Part shown: in pieces, positions 28,129 to 40,877 of the stretch | Layout of the letters: every line of letters starts with the position of its first letter | How positions within the stretch are numbered: the stretch's first letter is position 1 | Assembly (NCBI GenBank): GCA_018817165.1 | Contig: JAHITY010000128.1 | Location: 5,161-69,160, forward strand | Direction: 5' to 3' | DNA length: 64,000 bases | DNA from: Candidatus Omnitrophota bacterium | GTDB lineage: Bacteria > Omnitrophota > Gorgyraeia > B26-G9 | Notes under the pieces: generated by a model | Database searches by the model: none | Told to the model about the DNA's origin: nothing | What the model saw: only the letters and a program-made list of their open reading frames with translations | Translations under genes and position numbers: made by a program

Positions 28129-28347
28129 ATGGATAATAAACATAAAAAACTGGCGCAAAGAGAAGAAGAAAAAAGACAGTTTATCGTGCTGATTATGTTT
28201 TTAATTATTTTATTTTGTGGTTTATTGTTTATGAATAAGCGCTTTCGCCCGAAAATTAATCATAAACCTTCGGAATTCGAGGAAGATGTAAAGACTTATG
28301 ACGGTTCTTTGCAGCGGAATATATCGAATCCCTTTGGAGTGGAGTAA
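28129..28347 (+). CDS. Hypothetical small membrane protein
   Basis: 72 aa with a single TM (FIVLIMFLIILFCGLLF). Confidence 0.3.
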   Translation: MDNKHKKLAQREEEKRQFIVLIMFLIILFCGLLFMNKRFRPKINHKPSEFEEDVKTYDGSLQRNISNPFGVE

Positions 28348-28397
28348 TAGTTTATAAGTTGTTTAGTATTTCGCGGTTTTTTTAAAAATGCCTAAAA

Positions 28398-28438
28398 AAA
28401 CAAACAAAATGCTTAAAAATTAAGCATTTTGTTTGTTT
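28398..28438. terminator. Long perfect hairpin (19-bp stem), probably a bidirectional terminator
   Basis: AAACAAACAAAATGCTTAA-AAA-TTAAGCATTTTGTTTGTTT. Confidence 0.55.
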
Positions 28439-28611
28439 TAATGCTTTAAATTGAAATTTTTAAAAAAAAGCTTTATCTTGGAAGTTTATTGTATTATAAT
28501 TATTTCTATTGTAACCCTTCAAAACTCCTGTTTTATATTAAGGTTCTGTTGCTATACATTAACACCTTCAATATAATTAAGTTAAAATTATAGAAATATT
28601 TAAAATTTTTT

Positions 28612-29724
28612 ATGAATGATATAAATGGCGAGCATAAAAGCAAAAAAGCAAAAATTGTTCTAGAAGACGGAAGAACTTTTCAAGGTTATTCTTTTGGGGC
28701 AACTGGCACTACCTTTGGCGAAGTTGTTTTTAATACCAGCATGGCTGGTTATCAGGAAATCCTTACTGACCCCTCATACAAAGGTCAAATTGTTACGATG
28801 ACTTATCCTCTTATTGGCAATTATGGTGTAAACAAGCAAGATGTTGAATCAAGCAAACCTTTTGTAGAAGCATTTATTGTTAAAGAATGTTCGCGAATTG
28901 CCAGCAATTGGCGTTCTAATGATACATTAGCTTCATATCTTAGAAAAAATAATATTATTGGGATTGAAGGTGTTGATACTCGCGCTCTGACTCGGCACAT
29001 TCGGCTAAAAGGGGCTTTGAAAGCAGTTATATCCACCGAAGATTTGGACGATAAAAGCCTGCTTGAAAAAGTTAATGCGTCTTCTGGGCTTGTGGGTATT
29101 GATTTAGTCAAAGAAGTTACTTGTTCCCAAGTTTATGAGTGGAATAATCAGGGGAAATATCATGTTATTGTCCTTGATTGCGGGGTAAAGTTAAATATTC
29201 TGCGTTCCTTGGTATTAAATAATTTTAAAGTAACTGTTGTTCCAGCACAGACAAGCGCAGAGGATATTCTAAAACTTAAACCGGATGGTTTAATGCTTTC
29301 CAATGGACCGGGAGATCCTGAGGCAGTTACCTATGTTATTGAGACTGTTAAAAAATTACTGGATAAGTTGCCGATTTTCGGAATATGCTTAGGTCAGCAG
29401 ATGCTGGGCTTGGCTTTAGGCGGCAAAACTTATAAACTTAAATTTGGACATCATGGCGGTAATCAGCCGGTTAAAGATTTAAAAACAGGTAAAATTGATA
29501 TTACTGTGCAGAATCATGGATTTTGCGTTGATATTGATTCTCTGAATAAAAATGATATTGAGATTACACATATGAATCTTAATGATAAGACTTTAGAGGG
29601 TATTAGACATAAAAAACTGCCAATTTTTAGTGTGCAGTTTCATCCTGAATCTTGTCCCGGCCCTCATGATTCCGCGTATTTATTCGCGAATTTTGGGGAA
29701 ATGATTAAAAAACATAAAAAGTAG
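28612..29724 (+). CDS. carA: Carbamoyl-phosphate synthase small (glutaminase) subunit
   Basis: 370 aa. GICLGQQM catalytic Cys and a CPSase small-chain N-domain. Confidence 0.95.
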   Translation: MNDINGEHKSKKAKIVLEDGRTFQGYSFGATGTTFGEVVFNTSMAGYQEILTDPSYKGQIVTMTYPLIGNYGVNKQDVESSKPFVEAFIVKECSRIASNWRSNDTLASYLRKNNIIGIEGVDTRALTRHIRLKGALKAVISTEDLDDKSLLEKVNASSGLVGIDLVKEVTCSQVYEWNNQGKYHVIVLDCGVKLNILRSLVLNNFKVTVVPAQTSAEDILKLKPDGLMLSNGPGDPEAVTYVIETVKKLLDKLPIFGICLGQQMLGLALGGKTYKLKFGHHGGNQPVKDLKTGKIDITVQNHGFCVDIDSLNKNDIEITHMNLNDKTLEGIRHKKLPIFSVQFHPESCPGPHDSAYLFANFGEMIKKHKK

Positions 29725-29731
29725 AAAAAAT

Positions 29732-32700
29732 ATGCCCAAAAGAACAGATATAAAAAAAATATTAATTATTGGTTCAGGTCCGATTATTATTGGACAAGCT
29801 TGTGAGTTTGATTATTCAGGCACGCAGGCTTGCAAGGCATTGCGCGAGGAAGGGTTTGAAGTTGTTTTGATTAATTCCAACCCTGCAACAATAATGACTG
29901 ATCCAGAAATAGCAAATGCTACTTATATTGAGCCGATTACTCCGGAAGTATTGGAAAAGATTATTGCCAAAGAACGTCCGGATGCTTTGCTTCCTACCTT
30001 AGGTGGGCAGACAGCGCTTAATACGGCAATGCAGGCATACGAGCAGGGTATTCTTAAAAAATATAATGTTGAGATGATCGGTGCAAATATAGAAGCGATT
30101 CAAAAAGCAGAAGATAGAAAGCATTTTAAAGAAGCAATGATAAAGATCGGCATGGATCTGCCTAAAAGCGCTTTAGCTTATAATATGGCTGAGGCTAAAG
30201 ATGCTTTAAATCAAATAGGATTGCCGTTGATTATTCGTCCAAGTTTCACTATGGGCGGAACTGGCGGAGGGATTGCGCAAACTGAAGAAGAATTTGAAAA
30301 AATTTGTCAGCTGGGATTGCGCAATAGCATGATTAATGAAATATTGATCGAAGAATCAATATTTGGCTGGAAAGAGTATGAGCTGGAAGTAATGCGTGAT
30401 GTCAAAGACAATGTTGTTATTATTTGTTCAATTGAAAATTTTGATCCCATGGGAATCCATACTGGTGATTCGATAACAGTAGCTCCTGCTCAGACTTTGA
30501 CAGATAAAGAATATCAGATAATGCGCGATGCCGCTTTGGCGATTATTCGCGAAATAGGAGTGGAAACTGGCGGATCTAATATTCAGTTCGCGGTTAATCC
30601 TGAAAATGGCAGAATGATTGTTATTGAGATGAATCCGCGTGTTTCCCGCAGTTCTGCTTTAGCGAGTAAAGCCACGGGTTTTCCAATTGCTAAATTCGCG
30701 GCAAAATTAGCGGTAGGATTTACCTTGGATGAAATACAGAATGATATAACCAGAGAAACCCCGGCTTCTTTTGAGCCGACAATTGATTATTGTGTGGTAA
30801 AAATTCCTCGGTTTACTTTTGAAAAATTTCCCGAAGCCCAGGATATTTTGGGTATTTCAATGAAGTCAGTTGGTGAAACAATGGCGATTGGCAGAACATT
30901 TAAAGAAGCATTGCAAAAAGGTTTAAGAGGTTTGGAAATCGGCCATGTTGGTTTTGACAATAAAAATGATTTTCGAGAGATTGAGCAGGAGAAATTATTG
31001 CAGAGGCTTAAAGAGCCTAATGCTTCGCGTATTTTTTATATTAAATATGCGTTTCAAAAAGGCATGAGTTCTGAAGAGATTTGTAAATTAACTTATATTG
31101 ATCCTTGGTTCATTGATAATTTAAAGCAAATTGTTGAATTGGAAGAAGAAATAGTAAATCAAGGAAAAGATATTTTTCAGATTACTCCCGAATTATTGCG
31201 CAAAGCAAAAGAATATGGATTTGGCGATGAACAGTTGGCGAAATTACTGAATACTGATGAAATTACGGTCCGGAATCAAAGAAAAAAACTAGACATTACC
31301 GTAACCTATAAATTAGTCGATACCTGCGGCGCGGAGTTTGAAGCGTATACACCATATTATTATTCAACTTATGAGCAGGAAGATGAGACCCGCATTTCAA
31401 ATAAGAAAAAAATTATGATCTTAGGTGGCGGTCCGAATCGAATCGGTCAGGGAATAGAATTTGACTATTGTTGCTGTCATGCCTCGTTTGCTTTAAAAGA
31501 GCTGGGATTTGAAACAATAATGGTTAATTCAAATCCCGAGACTGTTTCTACTGATTATGATACTTCGGACAAACTTTATTTTGAGCCATTGACATTTGAA
31601 GATGTAATGAATATTGTTGATCGCGAAAAACCTGATGGAATTATTGTCCAATTTGGCGGGCAAACTCCATTAAACCTGGCAAGAAAACTGAAGGATGCCG
31701 GAGCCCCGATAATTGGAACTTCTGTAGAGTCAATTGATCGCGCTGAAGATCGGGACAAATTTTCACAGTTAATTAAAGAATTGGGAATTAATCAGCCGCC
31801 TAATGGATCAGCGACATCAAGAGATCAGGCAATTATTATTGCTAAAGAAATAGGATATCCGATATTAGTCAGACCTTCATATGTTTTGGGTGGTCGAGCG
31901 ATGAGGATTGTTTATAATGAAAAAGATTTAACAGAATTTATGGTCGAAGAAGCGGAAGCGATTGATGTCTCAAAGGAAAAACCGATTTTGATCGATAAGT
32001 TTTTAGAAGATGCTGTTGAAGTTGATGTGGATGCGCTATCTGATGGACATACTACGATTATTGGCGGGATCATGGAACATATCGAAGAAGCCGGAGTCCA
32101 TTCTGGAGATTCTGCCTGTGTGCTACCTCCGCATACTTTAAGCGAAAAGATTCTGGATATTATTAGAGATAATACTAAGCTCTTATCAAAAAAATTAGAA
32201 GTAATCGGGCTTTTAAATATACAATTCGCAATAAAAAATAATATTGTGTATGTGCTTGAAGTTAATCCTCGGGCATCGCGCACTGCTCCTTTTGTAAGCA
32301 AGGCGACAGGAATTCCTTTGGCAAAAATCGCCGCGAAAATTATGGTAGGTAAAACACTCGATGAATTAGGAATAAAAGACGAGAAAAAAATAAAACATGT
32401 CGCGGTAAAAGAATCAGTATTGCCCTTTTCCCGGTTTTCCGGAGTTGATATCATCCTGGGGCCTGAGATGAAGTCAACAGGCGAAGTAATGGGAATTGAC
32501 AAGACTTTTGGTATTGCTTTTTATAAGTCACAATTGGCCGCGGGATCAGTTTTACCTAAAACAGGAAAAATCTTTATTAGCGTTAGAGCGCATGATAAAA
32601 AAGCTATTGTTTCTGTTGGAAAAAAACTGGTTGAGTTAGGTTTTGAGATTATTGCGACAAAAGGAACATATAAGGTTTTAAATGATAATAATATTAAAGC

Positions 32701-32971
32701 AACTGTAATCGATAAAATCAGCGATAAGATCAGTGATAATAATGTGCTGGATTTAATCAGACAGGGAAAAATCAAGCTGATTATAAATACTCCGACGGGA
32801 CGGAAAAGCCAGTCAGATATGAAGTCGATAAGAAATGCTGCGGTAATGCATGGCATCTCATGTATCACAACTATCCAGGGAGCGCAGGCTGCGGTAAATG
32901 GAATAGAAGCAATATTGGAAAAAGATTTTTCAGTTACATCAATTCAGGAATTCATTAAGCATTCCGGATAA
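29732..32971 (+). CDS. carB: Carbamoyl-phosphate synthase large subunit
   Basis: 1079 aa. Duplicated ATP-grasp halves and a C-terminal MGS-like domain. Confidence 0.96.
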   Translation: MPKRTDIKKILIIGSGPIIIGQACEFDYSGTQACKALREEGFEVVLINSNPATIMTDPEIANATYIEPITPEVLEKIIAKERPDALLPTLGGQTALNTAMQAYEQGILKKYNVEMIGANIEAIQKAEDRKHFKEAMIKIGMDLPKSALAYNMAEAKDALNQIGLPLIIRPSFTMGGTGGGIAQTEEEFEKICQLGLRNSMINEILIEESIFGWKEYELEVMRDVKDNVVIICSIENFDPMGIHTGDSITVAPAQTLTDKEYQIMRDAALAIIREIGVETGGSNIQFAVNPENGRMIVIEMNPRVSRSSALASKATGFPIAKFAAKLAVGFTLDEIQNDITRETPASFEPTIDYCVVKIPRFTFEKFPEAQDILGISMKSVGETMAIGRTFKEALQKGLRGLEIGHVGFDNKNDFREIEQEKLLQRLKEPNASRIFYIKYAFQKGMSSEEICKLTYIDPWFIDNLKQIVELEEEIVNQGKDIFQITPELLRKAKEYGFGDEQLAKLLNTDEITVRNQRKKLDITVTYKLVDTCGAEFEAYTPYYYSTYEQEDETRISNKKKIMILGGGPNRIGQGIEFDYCCCHASFALKELGFETIMVNSNPETVSTDYDTSDKLYFEPLTFEDVMNIVDREKPDGIIVQFGGQTPLNLARKLKDAGAPIIGTSVESIDRAEDRDKFSQLIKELGINQPPNGSATSRDQAIIIAKEIGYPILVRPSYVLGGRAMRIVYNEKDLTEFMVEEAEAIDVSKEKPILIDKFLEDAVEVDVDALSDGHTTIIGGIMEHIEEAGVHSGDSACVLPPHTLSEKILDIIRDNTKLLSKKLEVIGLLNIQFAIKNNIVYVLEVNPRASRTAPFVSKATGIPLAKIAAKIMVGKTLDELGIKDEKKIKHVAVKESVLPFSRFSGVDIILGPEMKSTGEVMGIDKTFGIAFYKSQLAAGSVLPKTGKIFISVRAHDKKAIVSVGKKLVELGFEIIATKGTYKVLNDNNIKATVIDKISDKISDNNVLDLIRQGKIKLIINTPTGRKSQSDMKSIRNAAVMHGISCITTIQGAQAAVNGIEAILEKDFSVTSIQEFIKHSG

Positions 32972-32981
32972 AGAGGATAGT

Positions 32982-34358
32982 ATGTGTGGAATATTTGGTA
33001 TTGCTGGACATAAAGAAGCGGCGCGTTTAACCTATTTAGGTTTATATGCTCTGCAGCACCGCGGAGAAGAAAGTGCGGGTATTGTCAGTTATGATAGAGG
33101 TAGAATAAATTCTTCTCAGGGCATGGGTTTGGTTGAGGACGTTTTTGATGAAAGCGCGATCCGGTCTTTAAAAGGCGCGATAGCCATAGGACATGTTCGC
33201 TATTCAACAACTGGATCAAGTCTGGAAAGAAACATTCAGCCGTTTCTGGTCAATCATAAAAAAGGACATATTGCCGTAGCGCATAATGGAAATTTGACTA
33301 ATACTAGTCATTTGCGGGGAACCCTAGAAGAGCAGGGTTCAATATTTCAGACAACAATGGATTCAGAAGCAATTGTTCATTTTGTCGCGCAATCAAAAGA
33401 TAAGGATTATCGCAAGAGAGTAATCCATGCTTTATCTAATTTAGAGGGAGCATATTCATTAGTTATGCTGCTTGATGATGTTTTAGTTGGTGCGCGTGAT
33501 CCGTATGGTTTTAGGCCTTTATGCTTGGGTAAATTAAACGGGGCTTATGTGCTTGCCAGTGAAACTTGCGCTTTAGATCTGATTCAGGCTGAATATATTC
33601 GCGAAATTGAACCCGGCGAGATTGTTTTTATTCGGGATAAAAAATTAGAATCAATCAAACCTTTTCCCAAACAAAAACACGCGTTCTGTATTTTTGAATA
33701 CATATATTTTGCTAGACCGGATAGCAACATTTTTGGTAAGAATGTTTATTTGACCAGAAAGCGTTTAGGGGAGGAAATGGCAAAAGAGTCGCCAGCTGAA
33801 TGTGATCTGGTTATGGCTATACCTGACTCAGGTAATGCCGCGGCATTGGGGTTTGCTAAAAAATCAAAAACTCCTTATGAAGAAGGAATGATCAGGAATC
33901 ATTATGTCGGTAGAACCTTTATTCAACCATCTCAGTTTATAAGAGATTTTCGCGTAAAAGTAAAACTAAATCCGATTAAAGATGTAATCAAAGGTAAGCG
34001 GTTGGCAATTATCGAAGATTCTATTGTTCGCGGGACAACAAGTAGAGCAAGAATAAAAACTATTCGTGAATCCGGAGCAGAAAAAATGCATATGCGCATT
34101 AGTTGTCCTCCGATCAAAGCGCCGTGTTTTTATGGAATTGATTTTCCCACAAAAAAAGAATTAATTGCCGCTAATTATACGGTCAAAGAAATAGAAAAAT
34201 TTATGGGCTTAGACAGCTTGAAATATTTAAGCCAAGAAGGTTTGTTGAAAGCAATGCTTTTGCCGGCCTGTGAATTTTGTACCGCGTGTTTTGATGGCAA
34301 TTATCCGACTAAAATTCCTAAGAAATTTTCCAAGAAAATGCTAGAAAAAAAGCGTTAA
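32982..34358 (+). CDS. purF: Amidophosphoribosyltransferase
   Basis: MCGIFGI N-terminal Cys nucleophile. PRTase domain. C-terminal Cys ligands CEFCTACFDGNYP for the 4Fe-4S cluster. Confidence 0.95.
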   Translation: MCGIFGIAGHKEAARLTYLGLYALQHRGEESAGIVSYDRGRINSSQGMGLVEDVFDESAIRSLKGAIAIGHVRYSTTGSSLERNIQPFLVNHKKGHIAVAHNGNLTNTSHLRGTLEEQGSIFQTTMDSEAIVHFVAQSKDKDYRKRVIHALSNLEGAYSLVMLLDDVLVGARDPYGFRPLCLGKLNGAYVLASETCALDLIQAEYIREIEPGEIVFIRDKKLESIKPFPKQKHAFCIFEYIYFARPDSNIFGKNVYLTRKRLGEEMAKESPAECDLVMAIPDSGNAAALGFAKKSKTPYEEGMIRNHYVGRTFIQPSQFIRDFRVKVKLNPIKDVIKGKRLAIIEDSIVRGTTSRARIKTIRESGAEKMHMRISCPPIKAPCFYGIDFPTKKELIAANYTVKEIEKFMGLDSLKYLSQEGLLKAMLLPACEFCTACFDGNYPTKIPKKFSKKMLEKKR

Positions 34359-34500
34359 ACAGAATATTTTATTTAAGAATTATCAAAAGGGATGACTTGT
34401 GGTAGGCTAATAGTAATGAATAAAAGAGTGTGTAGTGATTATTAAGGCATAGAAGTATAGTTAAACAAGTTTTTTGTGGAGTATCCTAAGAAACGAGTAG

Positions 34501-36102
<1,602 letters not shown>

Positions 36103-36106
36103 TAAA

Positions 36107-36814
36107 ATGGTAAAACAAGTAAAATCAGAAAAATCATATATCAATGCTTTGAGTAAAATCAGTAAAGCAATTACAAGTGATCTTTATCTTGAAGATATGT
36201 TAAAGCTTATTGTAACTGTTACCGCGAATGTTATGCACGCGAAAATTTGCGCGCTTTGGCTATTAGATGAAAAGAACCAAACTTTAAAAATTAAAGCTAC
36301 TCAAGCTTTGAGCAGTGAATATCTGAAGGAAAGATCAATTAATGTTGGGGAAGGCGTTGTCGGAATGGTTGCGAAAACTAAGCAGCCGATTATTATTGCT
36401 GATGTTCTTTTAGATCCGCAGTATAAAGAAAAAAAATTAGCAAAAAAAGAAAAGTTTGTTTCAATGCTTAGCGTTCCGATGATGGTTAAACAAAAAGTGA
36501 TCGGTGTTATTAATTGTTATACTACAAAAAAATACGATTTTGAAAAAAGCGATGTCGAGGTTTTAATGACTGTGGCTAATCAAGCAGCTGTTGCAATCGA
36601 AAATACGGAGCTGTTAGTTAAGACTAGAGTTATTCAGGAAGAATTGGAAACAAGAAAAAAAGTTGAAAAAGCAAAAGGGATATTGATGAAGGATCAGAAT
36701 GTTGATGAAGATGAAGCTTATAATATGCTGAGAAAATCAAGCATGTCTAAGCGTATATCTATGAAAGATATTGCTGAAGCAATCATTCTTTCTTTCGAGA
36801 TTAAGAAGGGGTAA
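36107..36814 (+). CDS. GAF-ANTAR regulator (RNA-binding antitermination-type output domain)
   Basis: N-terminal GAF-like domain. C-terminal VEKAKGILMKDQNVDEDEAYNMLRKSSMSKRISMKDIAEAII is a clear ANTAR signature. The ORF track start 36077 overlaps pyrG, so ATG 36107 is used. Confidence 0.75.
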   Translation: MVKQVKSEKSYINALSKISKAITSDLYLEDMLKLIVTVTANVMHAKICALWLLDEKNQTLKIKATQALSSEYLKERSINVGEGVVGMVAKTKQPIIIADVLLDPQYKEKKLAKKEKFVSMLSVPMMVKQKVIGVINCYTTKKYDFEKSDVEVLMTVANQAAVAIENTELLVKTRVIQEELETRKKVEKAKGILMKDQNVDEDEAYNMLRKSSMSKRISMKDIAEAIILSFEIKKG

Positions 36815-37064
36815 TTAAAAAAAATATCAGAAAATATTTTTTAAAAAATAAAAAAGAACGTAATGATGAAAAAATTTTAAAAAGTTTTTTCGTTTTTTTT
36901 TATTTTTTTCTTGAAATTAGTATTTATAATGTTGTATATTATAAATTGTAGATACAATATATAGTACAAACATATATTGTGCTTGCATTAGAAGACGTAC
37001 CAAGATATTGTGTAGGGGCAAACTTTTAGTTTAAAATATTACTGAAAGAAAGGGGGTGAATATT

Positions 37065-37202
37065 TTGGTAGTCAAAAAGAAAAAAGTAGCAAAGAAGGCA
37101 GTGGCTAAGAAAGTGGTAAAAAAAGTGGTAAAAAAAGCAGTGGCTAAGAAAGTAGTAAAAAAAGTAGCAAAGAAAGTAGTAGCTAAGAAAAAGAAAAAAT
37201 AA
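37065..37202 (+). CDS. Lysine-rich micro-protein (45 aa, KKxV/A repeats), histone-H1-tail-like. TTG start, not in the ORF track
   Basis: SD AAAGGGGGTG 7 nt upstream of TTG. The open frame is (M)VVKKKKVAKKAVAKKVVKKVVKKAVAKKVVKKVAKKVVAKKKKK*. The other strand is closed. Confidence 0.45.
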   Translation: MVVKKKKVAKKAVAKKVVKKVVKKAVAKKVVKKVAKKVVAKKKKK

Positions 37203-37228
37203 ACTTGGCTAGTTCATCTTTGATGAAT

Positions 37229-37340
37229 ACAGGATCCCAATTTTGATTAATTGAACAAGGATGTTATCAATTCCCAAAGGCGGGGAAATTAAGCGATCAA
37301 TGACCCGAAATTTTGTTCCTTGCCTTTGGGAGGGATCAAA
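37229..37340 (+). ncRNA. Candidate structured RNA element in the long leader of the HD-GYP gene
   Basis: Nested inverted repeats GATCCC...GGGATC (outer) and TCCCAAAGGC...GCCTTTGGGA (10 bp). No T-run follows. Confidence 0.25.
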
Positions 37341-37507
37341 GAAAAACTACCTAAAAACCTGCAATAATATTTTGTTCATATCTTTTTTAATATCTTTTGA
37401 TTTATATATTTAATAAGAGTATTTTCTTTCTTGACAATTTTAGCTTTAAAGTTTTAGAATAGGTATTAGATTGAATACGTTCATCGCTTTTCTTAGAAAG
37501 GAAAATA

Positions 37508-38719
37508 ATGAGTGACTTGCCTGAATCGCATGAAAGAATGCTTTTAGAGATTGAACAATTGCGTAAAAGAATAAACGAACTTCAAGGGGCGGAACTGAAG
37601 TTTCAAAAAGCAGAGCAAGAATTGAGGCAGGCTAAGGAATATGCTGAATTTGTTTTTCGATCTACTCCAAACGCGATTTTTACAATTGATCCTAACCGGA
37701 GTATAACCAGTTGGAATAATAAAGCTGAAGAAATTACGGGTTATTCTTTTAAGGAGATAATTGGAAAGCAGTGTACTGTTTTTGCGGATAGCCCTTGTAA
37801 GGATATGTGCGCGGTTTTTTCGGATAATGTCGAGAAACCTATTTTTAACGCGGAATGTTCGATTAAAAGAAAAGATGGGAAAATAATTGTTATTTCAAAA
37901 AATGCGGAAATATTAAAGGATGAGCATGGAAATACAATCGGCGCTATAGAATCATTTGAAGATATTACCGGAAGAAAAAATGAAGAGCAATCCTTTCAAA
38001 AATCTTATCAGACTTTAGAAATGCAGATTCGTGAGAGGACTGCTGAACTTTCTAAAATGAATGAAGCGCTGCTTGTTGAAATCATGCAAAGGAAAAAAGT
38101 TCAGAAAAATTTTGAGGATGGCAATGAAAAATTGCAGCGTGTATTAAATGAAACAATTAGTGCTCTAGCCTTTACAGTTGAAAAAAGAGATCCCTATACC
38201 GCTGGACATCAGGAACGTGTAACTCACTTGGCAGAAGCTATTGCCAGGGAAATGAAATTACCCGCGGATCAGATATTAGGGGTGAAGACTGCGGCAATGA
38301 TTCATGATATTGGAAAAATTTGTGTTCCCGCGGAAATTTTAAGCAAGCCCTCTAAGCTAACTACGTATGAATTTAATATTATTAAAGCTCATCCAGAAGT
38401 AGGTTATGATATATTAAAGGAAATTGAATTTCCTTGGCCAGTTTCTTCAATTGTTGTGCAGCATCATGAGAGAATGGATGGAAGTGGATACCCAAATTCT
38501 TTAAAAGGTAATGAAATATTAATTGAGGCGCATATTCTAATTGTTGCTGATGTTGTTGAAGCCATGGCTTCGCATCGTCCTTATAGACCTGCATTGGGTA
38601 TTGAGCGAGCTTTAGATGAAATTATTAATAAAAAAGGAATATTGTATAATGTGGATGTTGTAGACGCTTGTATTAAGCTGTTTATGGAGCAGGATTTTAA
38701 GATTGAGCAAATAGTGTAA
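37508..38719 (+). CDS. PAS-domain HD-GYP phosphodiesterase (c-di-GMP)
   Basis: PAS block FRSTPNAIFTIDPNRSITSWN. HD motif MIHDIGKI. HHERMDGSGYP, the GYP motif. Confidence 0.85.
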   Translation: MSDLPESHERMLLEIEQLRKRINELQGAELKFQKAEQELRQAKEYAEFVFRSTPNAIFTIDPNRSITSWNNKAEEITGYSFKEIIGKQCTVFADSPCKDMCAVFSDNVEKPIFNAECSIKRKDGKIIVISKNAEILKDEHGNTIGAIESFEDITGRKNEEQSFQKSYQTLEMQIRERTAELSKMNEALLVEIMQRKKVQKNFEDGNEKLQRVLNETISALAFTVEKRDPYTAGHQERVTHLAEAIAREMKLPADQILGVKTAAMIHDIGKICVPAEILSKPSKLTTYEFNIIKAHPEVGYDILKEIEFPWPVSSIVVQHHERMDGSGYPNSLKGNEILIEAHILIVADVVEAMASHRPYRPALGIERALDEIINKKGILYNVDVVDACIKLFMEQDFKIEQIV

Positions 38720-38839
38720 ACCTAATTTTATTGTCATAACCTTATTATTTTCTGATATTTCCAGTTATTTTTAAATTTAAAATAATTGACTTTTTGTTTG
38801 TTTTAGTGTATCTTTAATATTAATAAGGAGGTGACTTAA

Positions 38840-39154
38840 TTGAAGAAAAAAATAGTGTTTTTAGGGGTGTTTGCTTTGGTTTTGAGCGCAATTTGTATTT
38901 CTACATCTTTTGCCGCAATGCCTGATGCGAATAATGTTAAGCAAGTTCACGAAGGAGCAACTGTAGGGTGCACAGTTTGTCATCCAGAAGGTAATTTTAA
39001 AGAACTTAACAGCTATGGTAATGCATATAATGATGCAGGTAGAAGTGTGGATGCGGTTAAAGCGATTGATGGTGCCGATAGTGATGAAGATGGTGTTTCT
39101 AACTATGATGAAATCAAAGCCGGTACTAACCCAGGTGATGCGGAAAGTAATTAA
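38840..39154 (+). CDS. Small secreted mono-haem c-type cytochrome-like protein with an acidic Ca-binding-like tail
   Basis: Signal peptide, single CxxCH (CTVCH), C-terminal DGADSDEDGVSNYDE (DxDxDG-like). TTG start with SD AAGGAGG. Confidence 0.4.
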   Translation: MKKKIVFLGVFALVLSAICISTSFAAMPDANNVKQVHEGATVGCTVCHPEGNFKELNSYGNAYNDAGRSVDAVKAIDGADSDEDGVSNYDEIKAGTNPGDAESN

Positions 39155-39246
39155 TAGAAGTAATCTGATTTATTAGTACAGTGGCTAGAACATTTTTAGT
39201 GTTCTAGCCATTTTTAGTATTAATTCAGTTAAAAAGGAAAGAATTA

Positions 39247-39945
39247 ATGGAAAATGAAAAATTTAGGGCAACTATTTTTGAAGATGAAGACATTCTTATT
39301 GTCGATAAACCAAGTGGTTTATTAACAGAGGCTTCAACAAATAACAAAGAAAAGAGCTTAAGTTTATTGTTAAACACCTTAAATTTTCAACAAAATAATA
39401 GTTCTAAAATTTATCCGTGTCATCGTTTAGATAAGGAAACTTCCGGGGTATTAATTTTTGCTAAGGGGAAGAATGTTCAGCAGAAGATAATGGATCAATT
39501 TAGAGCGAAAAAAGTCAAAAAAGTATATATTGCATTTGTTCATGGAGTTATTGATAAGCAATCAGGTGTCTTAAAAAGCTATATCCAGGGGGGGTGGCCT
39601 TATCAGCGCAATGAACAGAAAAAACTGGCAATTACAAATTTTAAACTTATCGGGCAGGGAAAGGCTTTCAGCATAATGAGATTGGAACCCCAAACCGGAA
39701 GGACCAATCAGATAAGGATTCAATTCAAAGATATCGGGCACCCGCTTGTCGGAGAAAGGCGTTTTGTTATGGCTCGCGATTGGCCGATAAAGTTCAAGCG
39801 GGTCGCTTTGCACGCGTTTAGTGTTGCCTTTACACACCCAACTAAAAATATTACAGTAAGTTTTAATGCTGAATTACCCAAAGATATGGCTAAGTTTTTA
39901 ATCAATAATGGGATTGATGATTTTAGTAAGGAAGTTTTTTTATAA
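39247..39945 (+). CDS. Pseudouridine synthase, RluA family
   Basis: HRLDKETSGVLIFAKG catalytic-Asp motif. Confidence 0.85.
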   Translation: MENEKFRATIFEDEDILIVDKPSGLLTEASTNNKEKSLSLLLNTLNFQQNNSSKIYPCHRLDKETSGVLIFAKGKNVQQKIMDQFRAKKVKKVYIAFVHGVIDKQSGVLKSYIQGGWPYQRNEQKKLAITNFKLIGQGKAFSIMRLEPQTGRTNQIRIQFKDIGHPLVGERRFVMARDWPIKFKRVALHAFSVAFTHPTKNITVSFNAELPKDMAKFLINNGIDDFSKEVFL

Positions 39946-40033
39946 GCATTATCTTGTGCCGGTTTATTGAGTATGTTACAATAAAATAACTAATAATAAT
40001 ATTTAGCAGCGTTTAATTCTTAGGAGCAAGGGA

Positions 40034-40852
40034 TTGAAGTATTTATATTTAGCGCTATTGCAAGGTTTAACAGAATTTCTTCCAGTATCCAGTTCTGGTC
40101 ATTTGGTTTTTTATCAAAAAGTTTTTGGTTTTAATGAGCCGCTTCTTTGTTTTGATATTATTTTACATTTAGCAACTGCTTTATCGGTTATAGTTTTTCT
40201 TAAAAATGATTTAAAAAATATAATCACGGAAACTTTCTTTTCGTTGAAACAGGTGATCAACGGAAAAAAAGTTATAGATGTCTGGCAGGAAAATAGTAAT
40301 CTTAGGCTAGGAGTTCTTGTTGGTATCGCGATTGTCCCGGCTATTATTTTCGGATTATTATTTAATAATATAATTGAATCAATGTTTGGCTCATTAAAAC
40401 TTGTGGGGATAACATTTTTAGTCACGGGGACAATTTTATTTTTAACTAAATATACAAATCAAAAAACCCGAAGTGATTTGAATTTAAAAGATGCTTTGAG
40501 TATTGGTTTAGTTCAAGCCATGGCAATAATCCCAGGTATATCGCGTTCTGGTTCAACAATAGCCTGCGGAATGTTTAGAGGCTTGAACAAAAATTTAGCA
40601 GCAAGATTCTCTTTTATTCTTGCCGTGCCGACTATTCTTGCGGCAGGTGTCTATAAGCTTAAGCATGGTATAGGTGAAATCAATATAAGCATCTCAATCA
40701 TTTTTGTCGCATTTTTCATTGCTTTTTTAAGTGGATATATATCATTGATATTTCTTTCTAAAATGATAGCAAAGGCGAAATTCCATTATTTCGCGTATTA
40801 TTGCTGGATGATGGGAGCAATAAGTATATACTTAACAATTTTTTATTATTAA
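40034..40852 (+). CDS. uppP: Undecaprenyl-diphosphatase
   Basis: GLTEFLPVSSSGHL. Polytopic, 272 aa. TTG start. Confidence 0.85.
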   Translation: MKYLYLALLQGLTEFLPVSSSGHLVFYQKVFGFNEPLLCFDIILHLATALSVIVFLKNDLKNIITETFFSLKQVINGKKVIDVWQENSNLRLGVLVGIAIVPAIIFGLLFNNIIESMFGSLKLVGITFLVTGTILFLTKYTNQKTRSDLNLKDALSIGLVQAMAIIPGISRSGSTIACGMFRGLNKNLAARFSFILAVPTILAAGVYKLKHGIGEINISISIIFVAFFIAFLSGYISLIFLSKMIAKAKFHYFAYYCWMMGAISIYLTIFYY

Positions 40853-40877
40853 AAACTGGTTTAACGAGAGGGAATGT

